This document shows, piece by piece, positions 28,144 to 37,415 of a DNA stretch of 64,000 bases (position 1 is the stretch's first letter; the number at the start of each line of letters is the position of its first letter). This stretch comes from an uncultured candidatus Brocadiaceae bacterium (GTDB lineage: Bacteria > Planctomycetota > Brocadiia > SM23-32). Both the position numbers and the translations under genes were made by a program. Where the stretch lies: positions 744 through 64,743 of the forward strand of contig CAYSWA010000011.1 in the NCBI GenBank assembly GCA_964434535.1, in the 5' to 3' direction. The notes below the pieces were generated by a model that was not told where the DNA came from, did not search any database, and saw nothing but the letters and a program-made list of their open reading frames with translations.

Positions 28144-28405
28144 AGGTGCCTCCCGGTGAGTCCTGGGGGCCCGGCGCTGTCCGTCGGCAATCGAAGCCGG
28201 ACAGCCCGTATCCCGTTAGGAATAGCACCGCGAAGCTCCGCCCGCAAGCGCGGCCCGACCCCGGTTACCGGCAACGGCCGGACGCGACCCTCCTTCGCCC
28301 CGCGACGGCGGGGTTTCGGCGGGCAGGGCGGACCGCGTCCCTCCAGGCGAAGACTACGGCGCTGCGGAGCGGCGTTCGTGCCTCTCAGCCTGACTCTTTT
28401 CCGTT

Positions 28406-28438
28406 CCTTCGTGCGTCCTTCGTGGGCTTCGTGGTGAG
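28406..28438 (+). repeat. Three tandem ~11-nt direct repeats (CCTTCGTGCGT / CCTTCGTGGGC / TTCGTGGTGAG) upstream of a -35/-10
   Basis: Read directly; ~20 nt upstream of TTGATT (28459-28464)-N17-TAATCT (28482-28487), the candidate promoter of the 28521 gene. Confidence 0.3.
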
Positions 28439-28520
28439 GGCCGTGCCGGCGCGCGGCGTTGATTGGCCGAGCGGCGCCGGCTAATCTGGTGGCGCCGATC
28501 CTCCACCACCGGAGAGCGCG

Positions 28521-29666
28521 ATGCCGAACGAAGCCGAGGAGCCGACCAGGCGGGAGTTGAACCTGCGCGTCTTCCGGGGCGAGCCGGTGCCCCGCGTGCT
28601 CTTCCAGCCGCGCATGGAGCCGTGGTTCGCCTGGCAGCACGAGTTCGGCACCACGCCCGAGCCCTACGCCGAGATGAGCCTGCTGGACTTCTACGACGAG
28701 CTCGACCTCTCCATGCGCTACGTCCACTACTACACCGGCATGCCCGACCCCGTCCAGCGCCATTACGAGGACGAGGTGCGCGTGCGCCACGAACCCGCCC
28801 CGGACGGCAGCGGCGACGGCCTGACCGTCTGGCAGACGCCCCACGGCGAGCTGGTCCAGCGCGCGCACAGGACGGTGGACAAGACGTGGCGGACGGTCGG
28901 CTTCGCCGTCAAGACCCTCCGGGACCTGCGGGGGCTGAAGTGGCTGACGGAGCGGACGCGCTACACATTCAGCGCGGAGGACTTCGCGCGCGGCAGCGCC
29001 TTCATCGCCGAGCGGGGCGAGCCGCAGTTCTGGGTCCCCAAGAGCCCCTACCAGGCGCTCTGCCAGGTATGGATGAAGCTGGACGACTTCATCTACGCCC
29101 TCGCCGACGCGCCCGAAGAGGTCGAGGAGGTGATGGCGGCGATCGACCGCGCCTACGACCCCCTCTACGAGGGCATCATCGCCTCGGGCCAGGTCAGCAT
29201 CGTGAACTTCGGCGAGAACATCCACGACCACCTCCTCTCGCCGCGCTACTTCGCGCGCTACCTGGCGCCGTGGTACGAGAAGCGCTCGGGCCAACTGCGC
29301 GGGGCGGGCATCTTCACCCACGTGCACATCGACGGCTACTTCCACTCCCTGCTGCCCCAGCTCGCCGCTCTTCCCTTCGACGGGCTGGAGGCGCTCACGC
29401 CCGAGCCCCAGGGCGACGTGAGCCTGGAGGAGATGGCCGAGAACATCGGCGACAAGGTGCTGCTGGACGGCATCCCGGCCATCTACTTCACGCCGACCTA
29501 CCCCCTGGAGCGGCTCGCCGAGTGCGTGGAGCGGATCGTCGAACTGTTCCACCCCCGGCTGGTGCTCGGCATCTCGGACGAGATCCCCGAGGGCGCCGGC
29601 GAGCGGGAGATCGAGAAGGTGCGCTGGGTCAGCGACTACTGCCGCCGCACGGCGGGCGAGGTCTGA
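28521..29666 (+). CDS. Uroporphyrinogen decarboxylase (URO-D)-family protein (methyltransferase/decarboxylase-like)
   Basis: 381 aa; URO-D-like TIM barrel features (HVHIDGYFHSLLP, DGLEALTPEP). Confidence 0.75.
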   Translation: MPNEAEEPTRRELNLRVFRGEPVPRVLFQPRMEPWFAWQHEFGTTPEPYAEMSLLDFYDELDLSMRYVHYYTGMPDPVQRHYEDEVRVRHEPAPDGSGDGLTVWQTPHGELVQRAHRTVDKTWRTVGFAVKTLRDLRGLKWLTERTRYTFSAEDFARGSAFIAERGEPQFWVPKSPYQALCQVWMKLDDFIYALADAPEEVEEVMAAIDRAYDPLYEGIIASGQVSIVNFGENIHDHLLSPRYFARYLAPWYEKRSGQLRGAGIFTHVHIDGYFHSLLPQLAALPFDGLEALTPEPQGDVSLEEMAENIGDKVLLDGIPAIYFTPTYPLERLAECVERIVELFHPRLVLGISDEIPEGAGEREIEKVRWVSDYCRRTAGEV

Positions 29667-29848
29667 AGTCAGAAGGATGAAGGATGAAGTAACGGCGCTC
29701 ACACATCATCACTATCGCTCGTGCTCTTGCGCTTTCTCTGGCCGTTGCCGTTCGCCGTTGCCGTGCAATCCGCAATCGCTTCCTGCCTTGCCTTCGCCCT
29801 CGGCCGGGGCTATGCTAATCGGCGAGACCACGCCGGCCGGGGATCACC

Positions 29849-30994
29849 ATGGCAGGGACCAACAGCGAAATGCAGACCGCTTCCGTCGAGGGCGAGCCGG
29901 GCGACGGCGGCGCGTTTCGGCTGACCTTCCGGGGGCGGATGGACGCCGACACGACGGCCCGGCTCTGGCGGCGGTCACTCCGGTTGCTCGGCGGTGAGGC
30001 GCCGGAGCGGCTGGTGGTGGACGCGAGCGGGGTGGACTACTGCGACGGGGCGGGTGTGGCGCTGCTGCTGCGGCTGCGGCGCCGCCAGGACGCGGCCGGC
30101 GGCGAGATGGGCGTCGAGGGCCTGCCGGAAGAGGCCCGACGGTTGCTGGAGCAGTTCGATCCCGATGATCTGGACGCCGGCCGCTACCTGCGCGAGCGCC
30201 GGGTCGGCGCCATCGAGGGGCTGGGCCGGGCCACGGCGGCGCTGCTGGGGGACCTGCGGCGGCAGGTCGAGTTCACCGGCGAGGTGCTGGTCGCCCTCGG
30301 CGGCGTCGTCGCCCATCCCCGCCGCGTGCGATGGAAGGACGTCTTCGTCGTCATCGAGAGGGTCGGCCCCGACGCGCTGCTGATCGTCGCGCTGGTCGGG
30401 TTCCTGATGGGCCTGATCATGTCGTTCGAGGCGGCGGTGATCCTGCAGCAGTTCGGCGTGGAGGTGCTGGTGGCGAAGTTCATCGGCCTGGCGCTGATCC
30501 GGGAGCTGGGGCCGCTGGTGACGGCGGTGGTGCTGGCGGGGCGGTCCGGCTCGTCCTTCGCCGCCGAGCTCGGCACGATGGAGCTGAACGACGAGATCAG
30601 CGCGATCCGCACGATGGGGCTGGAGCCGGTGCGGCTGCTGGTGGTGGCGCGCGTGATCGCGGCGGTCACCATGATGCCGCCGCTGACCGTCTTCTTCGAC
30701 CTGGCCGGCATCATCGGCGGGGCGTTCGTCATGCTGCCGCTCGGCATCCCGCTGGTGACCTACGCCAACCAGGTGCTCGACCCGGTGGAGATGACGGACG
30801 TGTTGGGCGGGCTTTTCAAGGCCGTGGTGCTCGGCCTGCTGGTGGGGGGGATCGGCTGCCTGCGCGGCCTCCAGACCGGGCGCAGCGCCAGGGGCGTCGG
30901 CGAGGCGACCACCAGCGCCGTGGTCAGCGGCATCATCCTGATCGCCCTGGCCAGCGGGGTCTTCGCGGTCGTCTTCTATTACCTGGGCATCTGA
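29849..30994 (+). CDS. mlaE: STAS-domain fused MlaE-family ABC transporter permease
   Basis: N-terminal ~100-aa STAS/anti-sigma-antagonist-like region, then MlaE permease (LIVALVGFLMGLIMSFEAAV..., 5 TM). Confidence 0.85.
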   Translation: MAGTNSEMQTASVEGEPGDGGAFRLTFRGRMDADTTARLWRRSLRLLGGEAPERLVVDASGVDYCDGAGVALLLRLRRRQDAAGGEMGVEGLPEEARRLLEQFDPDDLDAGRYLRERRVGAIEGLGRATAALLGDLRRQVEFTGEVLVALGGVVAHPRRVRWKDVFVVIERVGPDALLIVALVGFLMGLIMSFEAAVILQQFGVEVLVAKFIGLALIRELGPLVTAVVLAGRSGSSFAAELGTMELNDEISAIRTMGLEPVRLLVVARVIAAVTMMPPLTVFFDLAGIIGGAFVMLPLGIPLVTYANQVLDPVEMTDVLGGLFKAVVLGLLVGGIGCLRGLQTGRSARGVGEATTSAVVSGIILIALASGVFAVVFYYLGI

Positions 30995-30996
30995 GC

Positions 30997-31791
30997 ATGG
31001 ACGAGGGCAACGGCGCCGCGATCCGCGTGGAGGGCCTCACGGCCGGCTACGGCGACGAGATCGTGATCGAGGACGTGAGCCTGGAGGTCGGCTCGGGCGA
31101 GGTCTTCGTCATCGTCGGCGCCTCCGGCTGCGGCAAGAGCACGCTGCTCAGGCACATGGTGGGCCTGCATCGGCCGCTGGCCGGGCGGGTGCTGATCGGC
31201 GGGCGCGACCTGGCGGCCGCCGGCGAGGCCGAGCGGCGCCACATCCTGCGCAACGTCGGCGTCACCTACCAGAGCGGCGCCCTGTTCGGATCCATGACCT
31301 TGCTGGAGAACGTGCGGTTCCCGCTGGAGGAGCTGACCGACCTGCCCGAGGAGGCGATGGACATGATCGCCATGATGAAGCTGCGCCAGGTCGGCCTCGG
31401 GCCCTACGCGGACTACATGCCCGCCGAGCTGAGCGGCGGGATGCGCAAGCGCGCCGCCATCGCCCGCGCCATGGCGATGGATCCGGAGATCCTCTGCCTG
31501 GACGAGCCGTCGGCCGGGCTCGACCCCGTGACGGCGGCCGGGCTGGACGAGCTGATCCTGCGCCTTGCCCGCGGCCTGAAGGCCACCTTCTTCGTCGTCT
31601 CGCACGAGCTGGCCAGCATCTTCACCATCGCCGACCGCGTGGCCATGCTCGACGGCGAGGCCCGCACCGTCATCGCCACCGGACCACCGGCCGAGCTGCG
31701 CGACCACAGCGACGACGAGCGCGTGCGGGCGTTCTTCCAACGCCGCGCCATGGAGCTGCGCGAGGGCCGCAACGAGACCCATACCCGCTGA
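30997..31791 (+). CDS. mlaF: MlaF-family ABC transporter ATP-binding protein
   Basis: Start ATG 30997 (MDEGNGAAIRVEGLTAGYG). Walker A GASGCGKST, signature LSGGMRKR, Walker B LCLDEP. Confidence 0.88.
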   Translation: MDEGNGAAIRVEGLTAGYGDEIVIEDVSLEVGSGEVFVIVGASGCGKSTLLRHMVGLHRPLAGRVLIGGRDLAAAGEAERRHILRNVGVTYQSGALFGSMTLLENVRFPLEELTDLPEEAMDMIAMMKLRQVGLGPYADYMPAELSGGMRKRAAIARAMAMDPEILCLDEPSAGLDPVTAAGLDELILRLARGLKATFFVVSHELASIFTIADRVAMLDGEARTVIATGPPAELRDHSDDERVRAFFQRRAMELREGRNETHTR

Positions 31792-31812
31792 CCAGCCGGA
31801 GACGGGAGGCCG

Positions 31813-32877
31813 ATGACCACCCAAGCGAACTACTTCAAGATCGGCCTGTTCACGCTCGCCGCCACGGCGCTGCTGGTCGTCGTCATCGTCGTCCTCGGCG
31901 CCGGGGCCTTCCTGAAGGACAGGGCCGTCATCGAGACCTACCTCGATGAGAGCATCCAGGGCATCGAGCTCGGCTCGCCGGTCAAGTACCGCGGCGTCCA
32001 CGTCGGCACCGTCCACAGCATCATGTTCACCTACAACGTCTATGAGACCGAGAAGCCGTTCGGCGAGCGGCGCGGCTACGTGCTGCTGCGCATGGCCGTC
32101 TCGCCGCGTGTGATCGAGCGGGCGAAACCGCACGGTTTCCGGCGCACCCTCGCCGACCTGGTCGAGCAGGGCCTGCACGTGCGTCTGCGCCCACAGGGCC
32201 TGACCGGACTCGCCTACGTCGAGATGGACTACGTGCCCCCCGGGCGCTACAAGGAGCTGTCCTTCGACTGGCGGCCCCAGTACCCCTACGTCCCTTCGGC
32301 GCCGAGCGTCACGGCGAGCCTGGAGGAAGCCGTCTTCAGCATCACCGAGACGCTCGAACGCCTGGAGGAGGCCGACCTGGGCCAGATCGCCACGGACGTC
32401 GGCGAGCTGGTCGACGCGGTCGGCCAGCTCCTGGCCGAGGCCCGCACCTCGCCCCTGCACGAGCAAGCCGTCGGGCTGCTCAACGAGGCCCGGGAGACGA
32501 ACGCCAGGCTCCGCCAGGTGCTCGATAAGCCCGAGATCGACTCGCTGGTGGACGGGGCGGCGGGCGCCGCCTCCGCCCTGCACGAGATCGCCGAGGACTC
32601 GCGCAGGGACGTGCGCGAGATCGTGTCGGACCTGCGCCGGGTCTCCGCCGACCTGAAGGCCTCAACCGCCAGCCTGCCCGCGGCGATCGAGGACCTTACC
32701 ACGGCCATGGCCCGCCTCAATGCGCTCATCTCCCGCCAGCAGCGCCAGATAGCCTCAACGATAGAGAACCTCGAGGCCGCCTCCGGCCACGTGCGCGAAC
32801 TCGCCGACGAGGCCCGGCGCTACCCCGCCCGCATCTTCTTCGGCGAACCCCCTCCCCCATCGGAGCCCACAGAATGA
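31813..32877 (+). CDS. mlaD: MlaD / MCE-domain substrate-binding protein
   Basis: N-terminal TM anchor then MCE domain (IELGSPVKYRGVHVGTV); C-terminal coiled-coil. RBS GGGAGG. Confidence 0.85.
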   Translation: MTTQANYFKIGLFTLAATALLVVVIVVLGAGAFLKDRAVIETYLDESIQGIELGSPVKYRGVHVGTVHSIMFTYNVYETEKPFGERRGYVLLRMAVSPRVIERAKPHGFRRTLADLVEQGLHVRLRPQGLTGLAYVEMDYVPPGRYKELSFDWRPQYPYVPSAPSVTASLEEAVFSITETLERLEEADLGQIATDVGELVDAVGQLLAEARTSPLHEQAVGLLNEARETNARLRQVLDKPEIDSLVDGAAGAASALHEIAEDSRRDVREIVSDLRRVSADLKASTASLPAAIEDLTTAMARLNALISRQQRQIASTIENLEAASGHVRELADEARRYPARIFFGEPPPPSEPTE

Positions 32878-33515
32878 CCCCGACGAGACGGCTGCCGATC
32901 GCTTGTGCCACGCTGGCGCTGCTCGCCCTCGGGGCGGGCTGCGTGAGCGTGCGCAGGGGCTACCCCGAGAAGCGCCGCTACATGCTCCACGTCGAGCGCG
33001 AGGGGCCGACGGCGATCCCGTCGCAGGGCGGGCTTCCTACCCTTGTCATCGAGCGATTCGGCGCGGCGCCCCCCTTCGCGGGCAAGGGCTTCGTCTACCG
33101 CACGGGCGAGGCAAGGTATGAGTCCGACTTCTACAACGAGTTCTTCGTGCCCCCGGCGGCGATGGTCACCGAGCAGACGCGGGCCTGGCTCGCCGGCTCC
33201 GGCCTGTTCGGCACAATGGCGCGCTCGGCCGCCTACGTGCAGCCGGACTACGCGTTGGACGGAATGGTGACGGCCATCTACGGGGACTATTCGGACCCGG
33301 CCGGCCCCCTGGCCGTGCTCGAGGTGCAGTTGGCGCTGATCCGTGAGCCCCTCGGCGAAGCCACGGTCTCGCACCACCTGTCCCACAGGGCCTCGGTGCC
33401 GGCCCCCGGGGGCACACCGCAGGCGCTGGTGGCCGGCTGGGGCCAGGGGCTGCGGGAGGCGCTCCAGCGGTTCGAACAGGCGCTGCGGGAGGACTTGCCC
33501 CGCGCGGCGCCTTAG
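32874..33515 (+). CDS. ABC-transport auxiliary lipoprotein (DUF330/YmbA-like)
   Basis: Lipobox LALGAGC. ATGA overlap with mlaD. It is the fourth gene of the Mla/MCE operon. Confidence 0.7.
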   Translation: MTPTRRLPIACATLALLALGAGCVSVRRGYPEKRRYMLHVEREGPTAIPSQGGLPTLVIERFGAAPPFAGKGFVYRTGEARYESDFYNEFFVPPAAMVTEQTRAWLAGSGLFGTMARSAAYVQPDYALDGMVTAIYGDYSDPAGPLAVLEVQLALIREPLGEATVSHHLSHRASVPAPGGTPQALVAGWGQGLREALQRFEQALREDLPRAAP

Positions 33516-33532
33516 GCGCCCCTATAAGTCCC

Positions 33533-33552
33533 ATAGGTCCCATGGGACCTAT
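33533..33552. repeat. Perfect 20-bp palindrome ATAGGTCCCATGGGACCTAT at the convergent junction of the lipoprotein gene and rnc (overlaps rnc stop)
   Basis: Read directly; embedded in CTATAAGTCCCATAGGTCCCATGGGACCTAT. It shares sub-motifs (ATAAGTCC, TCCCATA, CCATGGG) with the element at 37311-37345. Confidence 0.5.
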
Positions 33553-34256
33553 TCTCTCCACCCGGGGAAGAGCCGGTCCAGCGCCTCGCGCGCCGCTTCC
33601 TGCTCGGCCGCCTTCTTGGTGGAGCCTCGTCCCGCGCCCTGCCGCTTGCCGTCGACCTCGACCACGGCCTCGTATTCGCGCGCGTGGTCGGGGCCGGCCC
33701 TGTGCACGACCTCGTAGCGCGGCACGGGCCCCCCGTGCGCCTGGACGCGCTCCTGGAGGATGGACTTCCAGGTCGACGGCTCGGGGCGGCTGCGCGCCCG
33801 CGCGACCTCCGGCCCGAGCGTGCGCAGCACGAAGCGCCGGGCCGCCCCGAGGCCCCCGTCCAGGAAGATGGCCCCCACCGCCGCCTCGTAGACGTTGGCG
33901 ACCATCGAGCCGGGGTATCGCTCGCGCTGCTGGAGGCCCTCGTCCACGCGCAGGAACCGCGGCAGCCCCATCGCGCGGCCGACGCGCGCCATCGTCGCCC
34001 GGCTCACCACGGAGGACTTGATGATCGTCATCTCTCCCTCGGTCAGGTCGGGCCAGGTCTCAAACAGGTGCAGGGAGACGATCAGCCCCACCACGGCGTC
34101 GCCGAGGAACTCCAGCCGCTCGTTCGCCGGCCGCTCCTCGGAGCGGATCGACGCATGCGTCATGGCCCGCTCCAGCAGCTTCACGTCCTCGAAGCGGTAG
34201 TCGAGCAGCTCCTGAAGCTCGCCGAGCCCCTCAGCCATCCTCGTCCCCTTCTGCAT
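33549..34256 (-). CDS. rnc: Ribonuclease III
   Basis: NERLEFLGDAVVGLIVSLHLF signature, C-terminal dsRBD (GPDHAREYEAVVEVDGKRQGAGRGSTKKAAEQEAAREAL). The start may be the ATG at 34238 (MAEGLG...). Confidence 0.88.
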   Translation of the reverse strand: MQKGTRMAEGLGELQELLDYRFEDVKLLERAMTHASIRSEERPANERLEFLGDAVVGLIVSLHLFETWPDLTEGEMTIIKSSVVSRATMARVGRAMGLPRFLRVDEGLQQRERYPGSMVANVYEAAVGAIFLDGGLGAARRFVLRTLGPEVARARSRPEPSTWKSILQERVQAHGGPVPRYEVVHRAGPDHAREYEAVVEVDGKRQGAGRGSTKKAAEQEAAREALDRLFPGWRE

Positions 34257-35430
34257 CGGACCTCCGCACGTCGTCCAGCAGGGGCGTTGCGCCGGCCTCC
34301 ACGCAGGCGGCGGCGTAGACGTACATCGCCGCCGACCAGGTCTGCCAATCCTGCCCGCAAGGAGTTCCGTCCTGCGCGCGGAACCACTCGTTGAACCCGA
34401 ACTGCACGTCCTTCTCCCGCGCCGGTCGCACCAGCTCCGTCAGTGCGGCGAGCTTCCGCCGGCCCAGCCGGGGCCGCCCGGCCGCGACGGCCGCCGCCAC
34501 GTAGAAGCCACAGATGAACGGCCAGACCCCGCCGTTGTGGTATTCGCCCGGGCGGCCGTAGGTCTCGTAGCGAGGGCGCCAGTCGGGGTGATCGGGCTGG
34601 ACGTAGGGGAACAGGCACGGGGGCAGGTCCAGCGCGAGCTGTGCGCCCTCGCGCAATGCGTCGCACTCGCCCTCCACCCAGGCCAGCAGCGCCCGCGAGC
34701 GCGAGCGCGACGCCACGCCGAGCAGCACCGCCAGGCTGTTGCCGAGCAGGTCGAACCGTTCGCTGCTGTAGAGCTTGTAGGACCAGAAGGCGTAGTAAGG
34801 CTTGTGGGGCAGCACCAGGCCCTCGTGCACGTGGCGGTGGCGGTGTTCGGCGGTCACGGCGAAGCGGTTCATCATCTCGCGCAGCGTCGCGGCCCGCTCG
34901 TGCTCGCCGTAGAGCCGCAGGCAGCCGTGGAGCAGCGCGTTGACGTAGAGCGGGAAGCCGGGCACCCACTGCTCGTCGCGCCAGTCGCTGGTGGGCTGCT
35001 GGGCGACGATCACGCGGTCCTCGGGGCTCTGGTAGGCCATCCAGCGCAGCGCCTTCGCGGCGGCCTCGGCCAGGAAGTCCGCCTGCCCGGTCGCGCGACG
35101 GTAGAGCGCCAGCCCGATCAGGAACAGCGGCGTGGTGTCGCTGGCGCCCAGGTCGTCGGCATCGTGGGCCAGCCCCGGCACGTGGCCCAGCGGGCTCTGG
35201 TTCTTCGCCAGCCACTCCAGCACGCGGCGGATCTGCCTGACCAGGTCCTCGTCCCCGGAGACGAGTATGCCGGGGGAGGAGATCATCAGGTCCCGCGTAT
35301 AGGGCTCGGGGTAGCCCCAGCCGGCGGTGCGGGGCAGGCCGTGGTAGGGCCCGTGCGCGTTGTGGCGCAGCACCTCCATGGCGGCCTCCCGGGCCTCGCG
35401 CACGGCGGCGTTGAGCGGCTTCGGTGCCAT
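34231..35430 (-). CDS. Six-hairpin glycosidase (GH100 neutral-invertase / amylo-alpha-1,6-glucosidase GDE_C-like)
   Basis: 399 aa; (alpha/alpha)6-barrel glycosidase-like features (GWGYPEPYTRDLMIS, YHNGGVWPF). Confidence 0.65.
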   Translation of the reverse strand: MAPKPLNAAVREAREAAMEVLRHNAHGPYHGLPRTAGWGYPEPYTRDLMISSPGILVSGDEDLVRQIRRVLEWLAKNQSPLGHVPGLAHDADDLGASDTTPLFLIGLALYRRATGQADFLAEAAAKALRWMAYQSPEDRVIVAQQPTSDWRDEQWVPGFPLYVNALLHGCLRLYGEHERAATLREMMNRFAVTAEHRHRHVHEGLVLPHKPYYAFWSYKLYSSERFDLLGNSLAVLLGVASRSRSRALLAWVEGECDALREGAQLALDLPPCLFPYVQPDHPDWRPRYETYGRPGEYHNGGVWPFICGFYVAAAVAAGRPRLGRRKLAALTELVRPAREKDVQFGFNEWFRAQDGTPCGQDWQTWSAAMYVYAAACVEAGATPLLDDVRRSDAEGDEDG

Positions 35431-35431
35431 C

Positions 35432-36574
35432 TCAGCTCATGCCCAACCTGTCGGCGAGGATCTGCAGCAGGCGGCCCGCCACCACCCGGTAGTCGTAGAC
35501 CTCGACGGCCCGGCGCCGGCCGGCCGCGCCCATGGTGCGGCGCAGCTCGGGCTCGCGCATCAGCTTCAGCAGGTGCTCGGCGATGTCGTGCACGCTGGCC
35601 CGGTAGTCGGCCGTGCGCGGCGGCTCGAAGACGATACGGTGCCCCTGCTCGTAGCCCGACTCCTCGCCCACGATGGCCTCGCCGATGCGGATCTCCTGCG
35701 CCACGCCCGCCAGCAGCGCCGTCTCGCCGTGGACCAGCGTGTCGAGCATAGCCATCGCCTTGATGCCGACCACCGGCTTGCCGCACGCCCCGGCCTCGAC
35801 CTGGGGCATGCCGAAGCCCTCCAGCCGCGAGGGCGCCGCGTAGATGTCGCAGGCCGCCATCAGGTAGGGCATGAAGTTGCGGGAGACCACGTTCGTCGTG
35901 TAGACAACGTTCTTGTCGATGCCCAGATGCGAGGCCAGTTGCAGGTCGGCCAGGTTCTGCTGGAAGGTGCGCGGCTGCGGCCAGACCTTGCAGACGTACT
36001 TCCAGTCCGGCGCCTCCTTGTCGATCAGCGCCAGCGCCTGCATCACCTCCTGCGCCCCCTTCGAGGCCGCGTCGCCGCCGACGGTCAGGATCATCACCTG
36101 GTCCGGCGAGACGCCGAGCGCCTCCCGCACCGTGCTCACCTTCGGGTCCTCCCGCTCCCGCGGCGTGAAGGCGTCGGTGTCGCACCCGACCGGCAGCACC
36201 TCCACCTTGCCGCGCTTCAGCCCGTCGCGCACGTAGACGTGCCGCACCCAGTTCGACGTCACGAGCACCAGCGGCAGCGCGTTGAGCACCTCCTGGTAGT
36301 TGGCCAGGTAGCCGTCCGCCACCAGCCACGGCACGGCCAGCGCACCGTAGCGCTGGGGATGGAGCACCAGGTGCGGCATGTGGCCCCAGTAGCCGACGCC
36401 GATCACCACGTCCGGCTCGAACCAGCGATAATACCACTCCTTCTCCTGCGCCGACTCGAAGTGGACCGGGTGCGCGTCCACGCCCGCGGCGAGCAGCCCC
36501 TTGTAGAGCAGGTCGCCCTGGGTCGCCAGCCCGCCCGGCGAGGGCGGGTAGTCATACAGGATCAATGCCTTCAT
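35432..36574 (-). CDS. Family 4 glycosyltransferase (GT4, group-1 glycosyl transferase)
   Basis: Start ATG 36574 (MKALILYDYPPSPGG...) after GGGGAGG. C-terminal GT-B EX7E-like region (GFGMPQVEAGACGKPVV). The listed 563-aa ORF has an artifactual N-terminal extension. Confidence 0.8.
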   Translation of the reverse strand: MKALILYDYPPSPGGLATQGDLLYKGLLAAGVDAHPVHFESAQEKEWYYRWFEPDVVIGVGYWGHMPHLVLHPQRYGALAVPWLVADGYLANYQEVLNALPLVLVTSNWVRHVYVRDGLKRGKVEVLPVGCDTDAFTPREREDPKVSTVREALGVSPDQVMILTVGGDAASKGAQEVMQALALIDKEAPDWKYVCKVWPQPRTFQQNLADLQLASHLGIDKNVVYTTNVVSRNFMPYLMAACDIYAAPSRLEGFGMPQVEAGACGKPVVGIKAMAMLDTLVHGETALLAGVAQEIRIGEAIVGEESGYEQGHRIVFEPPRTADYRASVHDIAEHLLKLMREPELRRTMGAAGRRRAVEVYDYRVVAGRLLQILADRLGMS

Positions 36575-37227
36575 CGTCCCGCCTCCCCTTGCCGGCCCAG
36601 CCAGTCCGCGTATTGCTGAGGCGTCCCGAAGCGCCGGAACGCCTCGCGCCGGGGCGTCGCGCGCGCCTCGAAGCTCTCCGGCGCGAACCCGTAGACTTCG
36701 GTGATGATGCGCCGCTTCGCGCACCAGACCTCCGGTGGCAGGTCCTCCACCCGATCGGCGTCCTCGACCGCCCGCGGCAGGTAGGCACCGCCGCCGTCCT
36801 CGTAGGCGAAGAGCCAGAGCTCCCGCGAGGGCATCTCGCCCCGCCGCCACAGCTCCCCCACCGCCCGGCTCGCCTCCTCGTGGCGGCGGTGGCGCGTATA
36901 CTCCCCCAGCGGCCCGTGCGTCAGCGCCAGGTCGAACTCCCCGCCGGGCAGCATCGACAGCACGGTCCGCTCGACCAGCTCCGGCGCGAGCGGCGCCTGC
37001 TGCGGCCCGTCGTCCAGGTCGGCCATGTTGCCCGTCGCCTTCAGGCGCTCCAGTGCCCGCCGGAACTTCGGCGCCCGGTCGGGGTCGCTCGCCCGGCAGA
37101 GCGCGAGCACGGCCCAATCCCACCTCGGCCGGGCCAGCATCAGGCCGCCCGCCCAGAGCGCCTCGTCGTCCGGATGGGCCACCACCACCAGCCCCCGGCC
37201 CGTGCCGTCTGCGTCCCTGGCGTCCAT
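36571..37227 (-). CDS. PIG-L / LmbE-family N-acetylglucosaminyl deacetylase
   Basis: VVVAHPDDE metal-binding motif. ATGA overlap with the GT4 start. Start taken at ATG 37227; alternative starts at 37284 (ATG) or 37287 (GTG). Confidence 0.75.
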   Translation of the reverse strand: MDARDADGTGRGLVVVAHPDDEALWAGGLMLARPRWDWAVLALCRASDPDRAPKFRRALERLKATGNMADLDDGPQQAPLAPELVERTVLSMLPGGEFDLALTHGPLGEYTRHRRHEEASRAVGELWRRGEMPSRELWLFAYEDGGGAYLPRAVEDADRVEDLPPEVWCAKRRIITEVYGFAPESFEARATPRREAFRRFGTPQQYADWLGRQGEAGR

Positions 37228-37321
37228 CGGCCGCCGCCCCCGCGTGCGATTCACGTGGGCCGATTGTACACGGGCGCGGGGCATCACGCCACGTCCCGCG
37301 CCGCGCGCCCGTCCATGGGTC

Positions 37322-37345
37322 CCATAAGTCCTCTATGACTTATGG
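37322..37345. repeat. Inverted repeat CCATAAGTC-N6-GACTTATGG (related to the 33533 palindrome) immediately upstream of the ssrA promoter and of the PIG-L gene start
   Basis: Read directly; the flanking GTCCATGGGTCC shares CCATGGG with the first element. Confidence 0.45.
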
Positions 37346-37372
37346 TTTACGACGGCCCGACCGCCGGCGCCG

Positions 37373-37401
37373 TTGACGGGGCGGCGCATATCGGGTATAA
37401 T
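37373..37401 (+). promoter_or_regulatory. Sigma-70 promoter of ssrA (TTGACG-N17-TATAAT)
   Basis: -35 at 37373-37378 and -10 at 37396-37401; about 14 nt before the mature tmRNA 5' end. Confidence 0.6.
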
Positions 37402-37415
37402 GGACGGTGCGCTAC

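Noticed and set aside
29677-29997. 106-aa Cys/His-rich ORF upstream of mlaE
   Set aside because: Built from tandem DNA direct repeats, overlaps the mlaE start, no RBS; more likely a regulatory region.
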